64,000 bases of DNA from Tubiluchus corallicola (Eukaryota; Animalia; Priapulida): positions 1 through 64,000 of the forward strand of contig JAQGDQ010002405.1 in assembly GCA_030141605.1 (NCBI GenBank). Direction: 5' to 3'. Position numbers and translations under genes: made by a program. The number at the start of each line of letters is the position of its first letter. Position 1 is the first letter of the stretch. Below are positions 10,023 through 18,703 of this stretch, piece by piece. The notes under the pieces were generated by a model. It had not been told where the DNA came from. It did no database searches and was given only the letters and a program-made list of their open reading frames with translations.

Positions 10023-13000
10023 TTAGTTGCCTGGTGGTGGCCAGGTGAGAACAGGCCATTGACCATTACCCCGCCACTTCCAGGTTTCAGTGTCATCGTC
10101 ACTAATAGACCAATCTACAAAAACATTTGTAGTACCATTGCCATCTGCTTCTTTATCTATATATACAGCTCCTTCTTTCTCCAGGTAAGCTCCCGAGGAG
10201 ACACCCGTCCCTCCATCAGAAATAGTTTGCCCCGTACTGCCCTTATCCCAGTAGCTGCCAGAAACAGTGCTATCTTTATACCCAATCAAGCCACCAATAT
10301 TATCACTACCTCCCGTAACAGATCCCACAGCATAACAGTTGGTAACAGTGCTGGCCTTTCTAGTATACCCAATCAAGCCGCCGGCTTGGGATCCTCCCTC
10401 CCCGACGGTCACGCTACCTGTTGCATAACTGTTGCTTACATTACTTCTGAATGCATACCCAACCAAACCGCCGGCTTGGGATCCTCCCTCCCCGACGGTC
10501 ACGCTACCTGTTGCATAACTGTTGCTTACAGTACTTTCGAATGTATTCCCAACCAAACCGCCGGCTTGGGATCCTCCCTTCCCGATGGTCACGCTACCTG
10601 TTGCATAACTGTTGCTTACATTACTTCTGAATGCATACCCAACCAAACCGCCGACACATACAATACCACTCACACCACCTCCTGATATTTCTATTCCAAC
10701 ATTCTCGATGGTTGCATTGTTTGCATAACCAAACAGCCCTACATAGTAATCATTTCCTCTATCTATAAATAGGTTGCTTATTACATATATCTCTCCACTA
10801 GCTGAACTAAATGAACCTGTAAATCTATTACTGATACCACCCACAGGGTCAAAACCTGCTGCAGGAAGCTCCTCCGGGAAAGTGCCTCCTGTTTGGGAGG
10901 GTTCTGGCAGCTCTATATCATTCATCAAAGTGTAGTCACCTGACAAACCGTACTTCATCCCCTGAAGATCCTGCCAACTTCTTATACTGTACTGCTCTTT
11001 AATAGTACTATTACTATACTCATAAGTAGCCCCTCCTATGGTAAGCTTAATGCCAACAGTACCATCTGCTATTGAACTCCAGGCAGAAGCACTCAGCACA
11101 TCGCCTCCCATTACAGCATTACCACCTGTTACATCTAATATACCATCCACTGCATCTCTGTCTGCTATCTCTAGTGAATACACATAATTCCCATCTGGCA
11201 GACCACCTACCTGAAACAGATCCGGCTTTTCAAGATCTCCGGCCCCTATACGACCTTCTTCATAGTAGCCCAAAACAGTGAAAGTGGGTGGTGAAGTCTG
11301 ATTTTTTACGGTTACAAAATATTCCTTGGTAGCATCTGGCGCTGTTACCGTGTAGGTTGCGGTGCTGGAAAAGTTCTCTGATACACCACTTTCCGGACTA
11401 ATGCTGGCACCCTCCGATATTCCTATTGTGGGGACTAATGAGGCGAGATCAACCCCATAAGAATAAGGGAGTAGTAGAGTAAAGCTACTTACCCCTGAAA
11501 TCTTTCCGATACCCACATTTTCAGATAATCCTTGGTTATTTCCATGCTCAAATACAAAGCTCCAGATATTGGCTACTTTACTTTGTATTGGTGTTATTTC
11601 ATTAGTCTGCCAATCGAGAACAGGCCAATTACTGTTGCCTATCCATCTCCAGGTGGAGACAAAGTCCCAGTCGATGAAAACTTCGTCATCAAACTCATAG
11701 TACTTACTGTTATACCTCTCCAGGTTAATACCGGAAGTGATACCAACCCCGCCGCCAGAAGAACCACTTTGCCCTGTACTACCCTTATCCCAGTAGCTTT
11801 TGGTTATAGTGCCTTGCCGATGCTCTCCCACCAGGCCGCCATTCATCACTCCACCCGTCACACTGCCAGTAGCGTAGCTATCGGTTATACTGCCATCGTA
11901 ATTATACCCCACCAGGCCGCCATTACTTCGTCCTCCCATAATACTAGTACCAGTAGCGTAACAGTTGGTTATACTGCCACTGTTATACCCCACCAGGCCG
12001 CCAGTGTGCTTTCCATCCGTCACACTGCCAGTAGCGTAGCTATCGGTTATACTGCCTCTGTTTTCCCCCACCAGGCCGCCGACATTTGCATAAGAATTAT
12101 CTCCTCCAGACACACTACCAGTAGCGTAGCTATCGGTTATACTGCCACTGTTTTTCCCAACCAGACCGCCAAGAGCTGATATGCTCATAATACTAGTAGT
12201 ACCAGTAGCGTAACAGTTGGTTATACTGCCTCTTCTGTTATCCCCCACCAGACCGCCAAGAGTTCGTCCTCCCATAATACTAGTACCAGTAGCGTAACAG
12301 TTGGTTATACTGCCCTCGAAATTACACCCCACCAGGCTGCCAACACACCCGTCGTCACCATCAGAACCTGTTCTTGTTGACTTTATACTACCACCGGTAA
12401 TGGTAATATTATTAACAGTACTACTACGATTATACCCCATCAGGCCACCAGCATATTCATGCCCCGTCACACCACCATCTGATATTTCTATTCCAACATT
12501 CTCAATGGTTGCATTGAATGCATAAGCAAACAGCCCTACATATTCATCATTTCCTCTATCTATAAATAGGTTGCTTATTACATATATCTCTCCACTAGCT
12601 GAACTAAATGAACCTGTAAATCTATTACTGCCACCACCCACAGGGTCAAAACCTGCTGCAGGAAGCTCCTCCGGGAAAGTGCCTCCTGTTTGGGAGGGGT
12701 CAGGCAGCTCTATATCATTCATCAAAGTGTAAGTGTAGTCACCTGACAAACCGTACTTCATCCCCTGAAGATCCTGCCAACTCTTTACACTATACTGCTC
12801 TTTGGTAGTGTTGTAGCTAAAGGTAGAACCTTCTAAGGTTAATACAATGGTAATATTGCCATCATCTATTTCATTCCAGTCAGAAGCAAGCAGCGTACTG
12901 CCTATTGAGGCTTTACCACCCAATACTGATAATGTACCACCTCCTGCATCTTTGTTGTCTATCTTTAGTGAATAGTCATAACTACCATCCTGAAGATCTC

Positions 13001-15254
13001 CTATCTGAAACAGATCCGGCTTTTCTAAGTCTCCGGCTCCTATACGATTGGCTCCATTATTATAACTTAAAACAGTGAAAGTGGGGCGTGGTATATTTTC
13101 GATGACTACGGTTACATAATAAGTCTGGGAAGTTTCATCTTGAGCTGTTACTTCGTATTCTACAGGTGCTGATTCACTGTTGGAAAAATCATTTAATACA
13201 CCACTTTCAGGACTTATTGAAGCATACTCCGATATCTCTATTCTGGGCCTTAGTGAATGCACGTCTGTACCAAAAGGTACCTTTAATCTAATTGTATTGT
13301 CTTCAGGTGAAATATCACCCTCCACTTTTTCTTCTATATATGTAGGGTTGTCTGATACTTCAAAGTCAAAGAGAGTGATCTCTTTTTCGTCACTTGCTGG
13401 CGTTTCTTTTACTGTTACTTCGTAAACCTTAGTGGTTTCATCATCTTGAGCTGTTACTTCGTATTCTACAGGTGCTGATTCACTGTTGGAAAAATCATTT
13501 AATACACCACTTTCAGGATCTATTGAAGCATACTCCGATATCTCTATTCTGGGGATTAGCTCGAGGTTTGTGCCATAAGGTACTTCGAGTGTGATATCTG
13601 TGCTTGTAATATTTTCCACAACTACGTCTTCAGTTAATTTATCTTTATTATCCCCTACCTCAAATGCAAAGCGGAGTATGTCGCTTGCTGTGCTAGCCTC
13701 CTCTTTATTAACTGTTACTTTATAATCCTGAGTCGTGTCATCCCCTGCTGTTACTGTATAGGTTACAAAACTCTCGAAACTTATTGCCTCTCCACTTTTA
13801 GGAGTGATGTGTTTACCTTTTATTGTAATTGTAGGAGTTAATGATGCTACATTTGTATTATAAGGTACTATTAATGTGATATCCGGACCTGTAACATCTT
13901 CCGCCACTACATCTTTAGTTAATCCTTTATCACTATTTTTATCTGCCTCAAACACAAAGCTCGTAATCTCTTTGTCTGTTTCAGATGCTACAGTAACTAC
14001 TACTCTATAAGTCTCAGTAGTAGTATTATCTTCTGATGTTACTGTGTATTCTACAGCTTGTGTGGCGCTGCTGGAAAAGTCCACAGATTCACCACTATCC
14101 GGACTAATAGTGGCACCATCCGATATTCCTATTGTAGGAGTTAACTCGAGGTCTGTACCAAAAGGTACTATGAGTGGGATATCTGTGCCTGTAATTACGC
14201 CCGCATCTACATCGACATATAAATTATTCTCATTATTTTTTTCCTCAAACACAAAAGTTTTGATTTCACATTCGGTATTTTGTGCTACTTCAACTGTTAC
14301 TGTATAATACTGCTTGTCGTCGCCATTCTCCGCTGTTACTGTGTAAGTTGTAGGGTTTGTTTCTTCAAAGTTTACAGGCACTCCACTAGCAGGATTAATA
14401 GTGGCACCATCCGATATCTCTATTGTAGGAGTTAACTCGAGGGCTGTACCAAAAGGTACTGTGAGTGTGATATCTGGGCCTGTAATTACGCCCGCATCTA
14501 CATCGACATATAAATTATTCTCATTATTTTTTTCCTCAAACACAAAAGTTTTGATTTCACATTCGGTATTTTCTGCTACAGTAACTGTTACTTTATAATC
14601 CTGCTCGTCGCCATTCTCCGCTGTTACTGTGTAGGTTAGATGGTTTAGTAGTCCAAAGTTTACAGGCACTCCACTAGCAGGATTAATAGTGGCACCATCC
14701 GATATCTCTATTGTAGGAGTTAACTCGAGGGCTGTACCAAAAGGTACTGTGAGTGTGATATCTGGGCCTGTAACATCTTCCGCCTTTACATCTTTAGTTA
14801 ATCCTTTATCACTATTTTTATCTGCCTCAAATACATAGCTCGTAATCGAGTTTGCACTACTTCCAGGTAACTTCGTAACTGTTACTTTATACTCCCGCTC
14901 GTCGCCATTCTCCGCTGTTACTGTGTAAGTTGTAGGGTTTGTTTCTTCAAAGATTATACCCACTCCACTTTCAGGACTAATAGTGGCACCATCAGATACC
15001 ACTATTGTAGGGATTAGAAAAAGGTTTGTACTAAAAGGAACTTTTAGCTCAATTTCTGTGCCTGTGATTACACCCGCATCTACATCGACAGCTAATGACC
15101 CATTGACACTTTTCCTAAACGCAAACTCAGTAATCAGATTCTCATCGGAGAGAGGTGGTTTTTCATCCCCTTTTTTACATCCCAATGTAATAGCCAGGAA
15201 TAAAAGAAACAACAATGCTGTGACTGATTTTAAAGCTTTTAAAAAAGTTTTCAT
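10023..15254 (-). CDS. Large surface lipoprotein: 7 DUF5018-like Ig domains + GLUG head + 1 Ig domain + second GLUG head (paralog 3)
   Basis: Start MKTFLK at 15254, lipobox-like ITLG-C. Eight ITxFxF...VPF/YGT...PTI...YTVTA domains. Two SWQDLQGMKYGLSGDY...GLUG blocks, each ending WxW...WPVL. Confidence 0.88.
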   Translation of the reverse strand: MKTFLKALKSVTALLFLLFLAITLGCKKGDEKPPLSDENLITEFAFRKSVNGSLAVDVDAGVITGTEIELKVPFSTNLFLIPTIVVSDGATISPESGVGIIFEETNPTTYTVTAENGDEREYKVTVTKLPGSSANSITSYVFEADKNSDKGLTKDVKAEDVTGPDITLTVPFGTALELTPTIEISDGATINPASGVPVNFGLLNHLTYTVTAENGDEQDYKVTVTVAENTECEIKTFVFEEKNNENNLYVDVDAGVITGPDITLTVPFGTALELTPTIEISDGATINPASGVPVNFEETNPTTYTVTAENGDDKQYYTVTVEVAQNTECEIKTFVFEEKNNENNLYVDVDAGVITGTDIPLIVPFGTDLELTPTIGISDGATISPDSGESVDFSSSATQAVEYTVTSEDNTTTETYRVVVTVASETDKEITSFVFEADKNSDKGLTKDVVAEDVTGPDITLIVPYNTNVASLTPTITIKGKHITPKSGEAISFESFVTYTVTAGDDTTQDYKVTVNKEEASTASDILRFAFEVGDNKDKLTEDVVVENITSTDITLEVPYGTNLELIPRIEISEYASIDPESGVLNDFSNSESAPVEYEVTAQDDETTKVYEVTVKETPASDEKEITLFDFEVSDNPTYIEEKVEGDISPEDNTIRLKVPFGTDVHSLRPRIEISEYASISPESGVLNDFSNSESAPVEYEVTAQDETSQTYYVTVVIENIPRPTFTVLSYNNGANRIGAGDLEKPDLFQIGDLQDGSYDYSLKIDNKDAGGGTLSVLGGKASIGSTLLASDWNEIDDGNITIVLTLEGSTFSYNTTKEQYSVKSWQDLQGMKYGLSGDYTYTLMNDIELPDPSQTGGTFPEELPAAGFDPVGGGSNRFTGSFSSASGEIYVISNLFIDRGNDEYVGLFAYAFNATIENVGIEISDGGVTGHEYAGGLMGYNRSSTVNNITITGGSIKSTRTGSDGDDGCVGSLVGCNFEGSITNCYATGTSIMGGRTLGGLVGDNRRGSITNCYATGTTSIMSISALGGLVGKNSGSITDSYATGSVSGGDNSYANVGGLVGENRGSITDSYATGSVTDGKHTGGLVGYNSGSITNCYATGTSIMGGRSNGGLVGYNYDGSITDSYATGSVTGGVMNGGLVGEHRQGTITKSYWDKGSTGQSGSSGGGVGITSGINLERYNSKYYEFDDEVFIDWDFVSTWRWIGNSNWPVLDWQTNEITPIQSKVANIWSFVFEHGNNQGLSENVGIGKISGVSSFTLLLPYSYGVDLASLVPTIGISEGASISPESGVSENFSSTATYTVTAPDATKEYFVTVKNQTSPPTFTVLGYYEEGRIGAGDLEKPDLFQVGGLPDGNYVYSLEIADRDAVDGILDVTGGNAVMGGDVLSASAWSSIADGTVGIKLTIGGATYEYSNSTIKEQYSIRSWQDLQGMKYGLSGDYTLMNDIELPEPSQTGGTFPEELPAAGFDPVGGISNRFTGSFSSASGEIYVISNLFIDRGNDYYVGLFGYANNATIENVGIEISGGGVSGIVCVGGLVGYAFRSNVSNSYATGSVTIGKGGSQAGGLVGNTFESTVSNSYATGSVTVGEGGSQAGGLVGYAFRSNVSNSYATGSVTVGEGGSQAGGLIGYTRKASTVTNCYAVGSVTGGSDNIGGLIGYKDSTVSGSYWDKGSTGQTISDGGTGVSSGAYLEKEGAVYIDKEADGNGTTNVFVDWSISDDDTETWKWRGNGQWPVLTWPPPGN
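10381..10653 (-). repeat. Three tandem 90-bp intragenic repeats (30-aa GLUG units)
   Basis: Units start at 10381, 10471 and 10561 (CCGGCTTGGGATCCTCCCT...). They are near identical except for clustered codon changes (YAFRSNV vs NTFESTV; VGE vs IGK). Confidence 0.95.
11790..12345 (-). repeat. About seven imperfect 75-90 bp GLUG repeats
   Basis: A recurrent coding framework GGCCTGGTGGGG...GGCAGTATAACC(AACTGT/GATAGC)TACGCTACTGG with variable inserts. Confidence 0.85.
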
Positions 15255-15331
15255 CCAAATTCTGTTTTTAATTTTACACCAATGAACTGCACTATTTGTG
15301 TAACACTGCAAATCAAATTATTAATACACTG

Positions 15332-15339
15332 CAAAGATA
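15332..15339 (-). promoter_or_regulatory. Bacteroidota -7 promoter element for the large GLUG gene
   Basis: GTATCTTTGCA on the minus strand about 78 nt upstream of ATG 15254. Confidence 0.65.
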
Positions 15340-15399
15340 CTAAATTCTTTTATTAAAAAAGGTTAAAAATCCCTAGTAGTCCTATAGCACCCAGGATAG

Positions 15400-15440
15400 T
15401 TGATTCTTTTCTATCAAAACAAAAGAACGTAAAGAAACCC
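15400..15440 (+). repeat. Dispersed palindromic repeat copy (direct repeat of 9933-9974)
   Basis: TTGATTCTTTTCTATCAAAACAAAAGAACGTAAAGAAACCC. Confidence 0.85.
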
Positions 15441-15450
15441 TTACACTACT

Positions 15451-17844
15451 CTAAAATAGATTTCCTATCCTCACCCCTATAAAAACCGTGCGTGGCACCA
15501 GTGGCCCATACACATAGCCGGGATCTCTATTAATTCCCGTATCAAAATCGTTTTGGTATGAATTTAACAGGTTCTTCACTCCACACGAAAGTTCCAGCTT
15601 TGCATCGCCGCCAAGCGATATCTCGTCATAAGCCAGCTTTAACCCCAGCTCAAAAAATGGGGATGTTCTGCGCAACTCGCTATTTTCAACCTCCTCTCCT
15701 TCAATAGTCTCTGTCCAAAAATAGGGAACAAGCATTTTTCCTGTATAATTTGCTGTAGATGAAAAGCAAAATCCGGGAAGAAAACCCCAGTCAAAAGAGA
15801 GGTACCCATATGACTCCGGCGTTCGGTAAAACTTCGCCTCATCAAAATCCTCCTGAGGCTTGCTATATCTGCTTTGCTGCAGAGTAAAGCCGGACTGCAT
15901 CTGGAACCTGTAAGAAAATGCAGCATTAAACTCAATATTTACCCCGGCCACAGTAGCACTCTCTGCATTTATTCGCGTATTTACCGCTACGCCATTTTCA
16001 TCAGACTCACCATAATCAATGGAGAATGGATCTTTAAGCCTGGTGTAAAAGCCTTCCACAAGAATGTCTGTCTGAGTGCTACCCGCAGTAGTTGCCCAGT
16101 TAAGTGACGAGGAAAAGCTGTGAGATGTCTCCTGCTTAAGTCCGTCAGCATTCTTATAAATAATCTTTCTCAATCCCGATGTTGCAATATGCAGATCTTC
16201 ATCAAATATCTGCGGAGTCCTAAAGCCCTTAGCATAGCTAGCTCTGAACTTTATTTCACTCGTTATATCATACATTGTACTTACCCGGGGACTTACTACA
16301 AACCCTTCACTATCATCAGACTCTCCCACTTCATCTCTTATATAATAATAATCTAAACGCCCGCCAAGACCTACTTTAAGCCGGTTAACCAACCACTCTC
16401 CCTGAGCGAAAGCACTGGCCGTATTCACTCTCTGGCTGGCAATCTTTGTCCCATCAACAAATATGCTCTCTTCATGATTAAAATACCCGAGCTTATCATC
16501 CTCCAGGATATCTCCACTATTTTCTAACCCAACTATAAGTTCCGCTGAACCAATAGGGATCTGATTAAAATCATGAGAGTACTGCCCACCCAGTGAATAG
16601 GTCAGGCCATTCGTTTTTCCAAATGCAGACGGATCCTGCTCTGCACCGTAGTAGCTATCCCTCTCTATATGCTGCATAGACCCGAATAGTGACAACTTAT
16701 TGAACTCACTGGTAAACTTCTCCCACATCACCGCACCTGTATTTATTTTGTGGACTACAGCTTCCGAAATATCTGCCTCATGAAGTGGCAAATCAAACTT
16801 ATTCCCCCCTCTTCTACCCTCTCCAATATGAAAATAGTCAAAAGTTATCTTGCTTCTATTTCGCAAACGATAGTACCCCCTGAGCCCCATAGAACTATTA
16901 CTTATTGTAGATAACTCAGAAAAGCCGTCGTTATTTGCATCATATGCTCCTCTATCACGGTGAAAACCATATACACTCACTCCCGAACGATAATCTTTTG
17001 CAACTACAGATGCGTTAAAGCTCATATTGTAGTCACTTGCAGGGGTCCCATCAGTTCCAGCACCTATACCGCTGTAATTGCCCGCTATCTGATAGCTGTT
17101 CCTTACAGGATCTCTCGTAATAACGTTTATCGTACCCGCTATAGCGCTTGAACCGTAAAGAGCAGAACCTCCACCCCTTACAACCTCTATCCTGTCAATC
17201 ATATTTGCAGGAATCATTTCAAGTCCGTAAATCCCTGCCAACCCACTGAAAATAGGACGACTATTTATCAATATCTGAGAATAATGTCCCTCCAACCCAT
17301 TCATCCTAACCTGTGTAAATCCACAGTTTTGACAATTATTCTCCATACGTATCCCGGGTGCAAAACTAAGCCCCTCGCTCAATGTTGCGGCATTTACTCG
17401 CTCGAGCAATTTCTGGGGAATACTATTCACCACCGTTACTGCCGTTTTCAAATTCTGCTCATTCCTGTTTGCCGACACAACTATAGTATTAAGCCCTATA
17501 TTATCTCTCTCTATATCAAAGTTGAGCTCAACTGTTTTTCCTCTCTCAAGGTCAACATCTTTAACTACACTAGTGAACCCCATAGCCCTGACGCGAACTT
17601 TTTGCCGGCCTACAGGCAAGTTTACAAGCATAAAATGACCCGTCTCATCAGTAGCAATACCTATCGTTGTACCCTCTATTATAATACTCGCAAACTCTAC
17701 GTGCTCCCCTTCGCACGTTACATGCCCCATAATATTGGCATCAGTATTACTTCTTTTTGTGTTACTACCACCCTGACTTTGAGCAGCACTATAAAATGGA
17801 AATGCGACAACAAGTGCCATCGCAACAATATTTCTTAATATCAT
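15451..17844 (-). CDS. TonB-dependent receptor (probable metal uptake)
   Basis: N-terminal carboxypeptidase-regulatory-like domain. Plug with ENNCQNCGFTQVRMNGL and IDRIEVVRGGGSALYGSSAIAGTINVIT. C-terminal barrel strand ending in F. Confidence 0.9.
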   Translation of the reverse strand: MILRNIVAMALVVAFPFYSAAQSQGGSNTKRSNTDANIMGHVTCEGEHVEFASIIIEGTTIGIATDETGHFMLVNLPVGRQKVRVRAMGFTSVVKDVDLERGKTVELNFDIERDNIGLNTIVVSANRNEQNLKTAVTVVNSIPQKLLERVNAATLSEGLSFAPGIRMENNCQNCGFTQVRMNGLEGHYSQILINSRPIFSGLAGIYGLEMIPANMIDRIEVVRGGGSALYGSSAIAGTINVITRDPVRNSYQIAGNYSGIGAGTDGTPASDYNMSFNASVVAKDYRSGVSVYGFHRDRGAYDANNDGFSELSTISNSSMGLRGYYRLRNRSKITFDYFHIGEGRRGGNKFDLPLHEADISEAVVHKINTGAVMWEKFTSEFNKLSLFGSMQHIERDSYYGAEQDPSAFGKTNGLTYSLGGQYSHDFNQIPIGSAELIVGLENSGDILEDDKLGYFNHEESIFVDGTKIASQRVNTASAFAQGEWLVNRLKVGLGGRLDYYYIRDEVGESDDSEGFVVSPRVSTMYDITSEIKFRASYAKGFRTPQIFDEDLHIATSGLRKIIYKNADGLKQETSHSFSSSLNWATTAGSTQTDILVEGFYTRLKDPFSIDYGESDENGVAVNTRINAESATVAGVNIEFNAAFSYRFQMQSGFTLQQSRYSKPQEDFDEAKFYRTPESYGYLSFDWGFLPGFCFSSTANYTGKMLVPYFWTETIEGEEVENSELRRTSPFFELGLKLAYDEISLGGDAKLELSCGVKNLLNSYQNDFDTGINRDPGYVYGPLVPRTVFIGVRIGNLF

Positions 17845-17920
17845 CGTATAATATTATTACAATTATTAAACACCAAATTGATTAAACTTTAATACTGGTA
17901 TATAGCAGCCTATGCAATAC

Positions 17921-17951
17921 ATCAGATAAGTATCAGATAAGTATCAGATAA
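17921..17951. repeat. 11-bp tandem repeat, about 3 copies
   Basis: ATCAGATAAGT-ATCAGATAAGT-ATCAGATAA. Confidence 0.85.
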
Positions 17952-17996
17952 ATCTTTAAAAATAAATATGAATTTGCAAAAAGCTCAAAATGAAAA

Positions 17997-18365
17997 CTAT
18001 ATATAGGGAGGAGAGCGACCTGTATGATAAAATATCTCTCCTGTTCCGGTATAACCTGCCAGGCTGACAGACTCAAACTGAACTGTAGGAAGTATTACAT
18101 CAACTCCGTTGGACAAAAAATCTAAACTATCCGCCAGGCCGTTAAAAAAATGGTAAAAAGTATACTCTTCCCGGGTATGTGTGTGATCTTGCCCTCCATC
18201 TCCCTCAGAAATATCCTTTGTAAAAGGATGAGAATGAGTAATAAATACACCATTATGCAAAACATGAGTATGCCGGTTTATAATCATACCTGCTGCTGCA
18301 GCTAAGTATACAAGCAAAAGACACAACGATGGATAAAAAAACACTATACGCTTCCTCCTTCTCAT
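17997..18365 (-). CDS. Small His-rich membrane protein with C-terminal RSPP (putative regulatory uORF)
   Basis: TM helix, HTH...HSHPF...HTHT, ends GRSPPYI. Lies directly upstream of the TonB receptor on the same strand. Confidence 0.75.
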   Translation of the reverse strand: MRRRKRIVFFYPSLCLLLVYLAAAAGMIINRHTHVLHNGVFITHSHPFTKDISEGDGGQDHTHTREEYTFYHFFNGLADSLDFLSNGVDVILPTVQFESVSLAGYTGTGEIFYHTGRSPPYI

Positions 18366-18703
18366 AGAAAACAAAGATAGAAACTAATTCTAAAAAACAC
18401 TACAGACACAGCGCAACAAGGCAGATGCAACACACAGACAATTGCACATAAAATAAACCTTCCCAAAATGGAACAACTTGGATCCCAATGAAAAAGACCA
18501 CTGAAAATTTTCAGCCCGCTCATGCAAAAGGCAGGTAAAAAAGACAAACTTTACAAAGGCCTCCGCCTTCAACTTCTATAGTACCACTAAACTTACAAAC
18601 CTTAAACGCAGATAAATCCCTTTTTTATTATACTTTTACTACACCTTTATTTTATTTTACATTATTACCTTCTAAAGAATATTATAAACTACTATAAATC
18701 AAC

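Noticed and set aside
10381-10653. Diversity-generating retroelement signature: all 7 differences among the 90-bp repeats involve an A on the coding strand
   Set aside because: No reverse transcriptase in the window, and no single copy carries all the As as a template repeat would. Other repeat pairs in the gene differ at non-A positions (GGT/GCT, AAT/AAC).
10059-15285. Plus-strand ORFs with repetitive Cys/Thr sequences opposite the large GLUG gene (and similar antisense ORFs elsewhere)
   Set aside because: Shadows of the repetitive sense-strand coding sequence.
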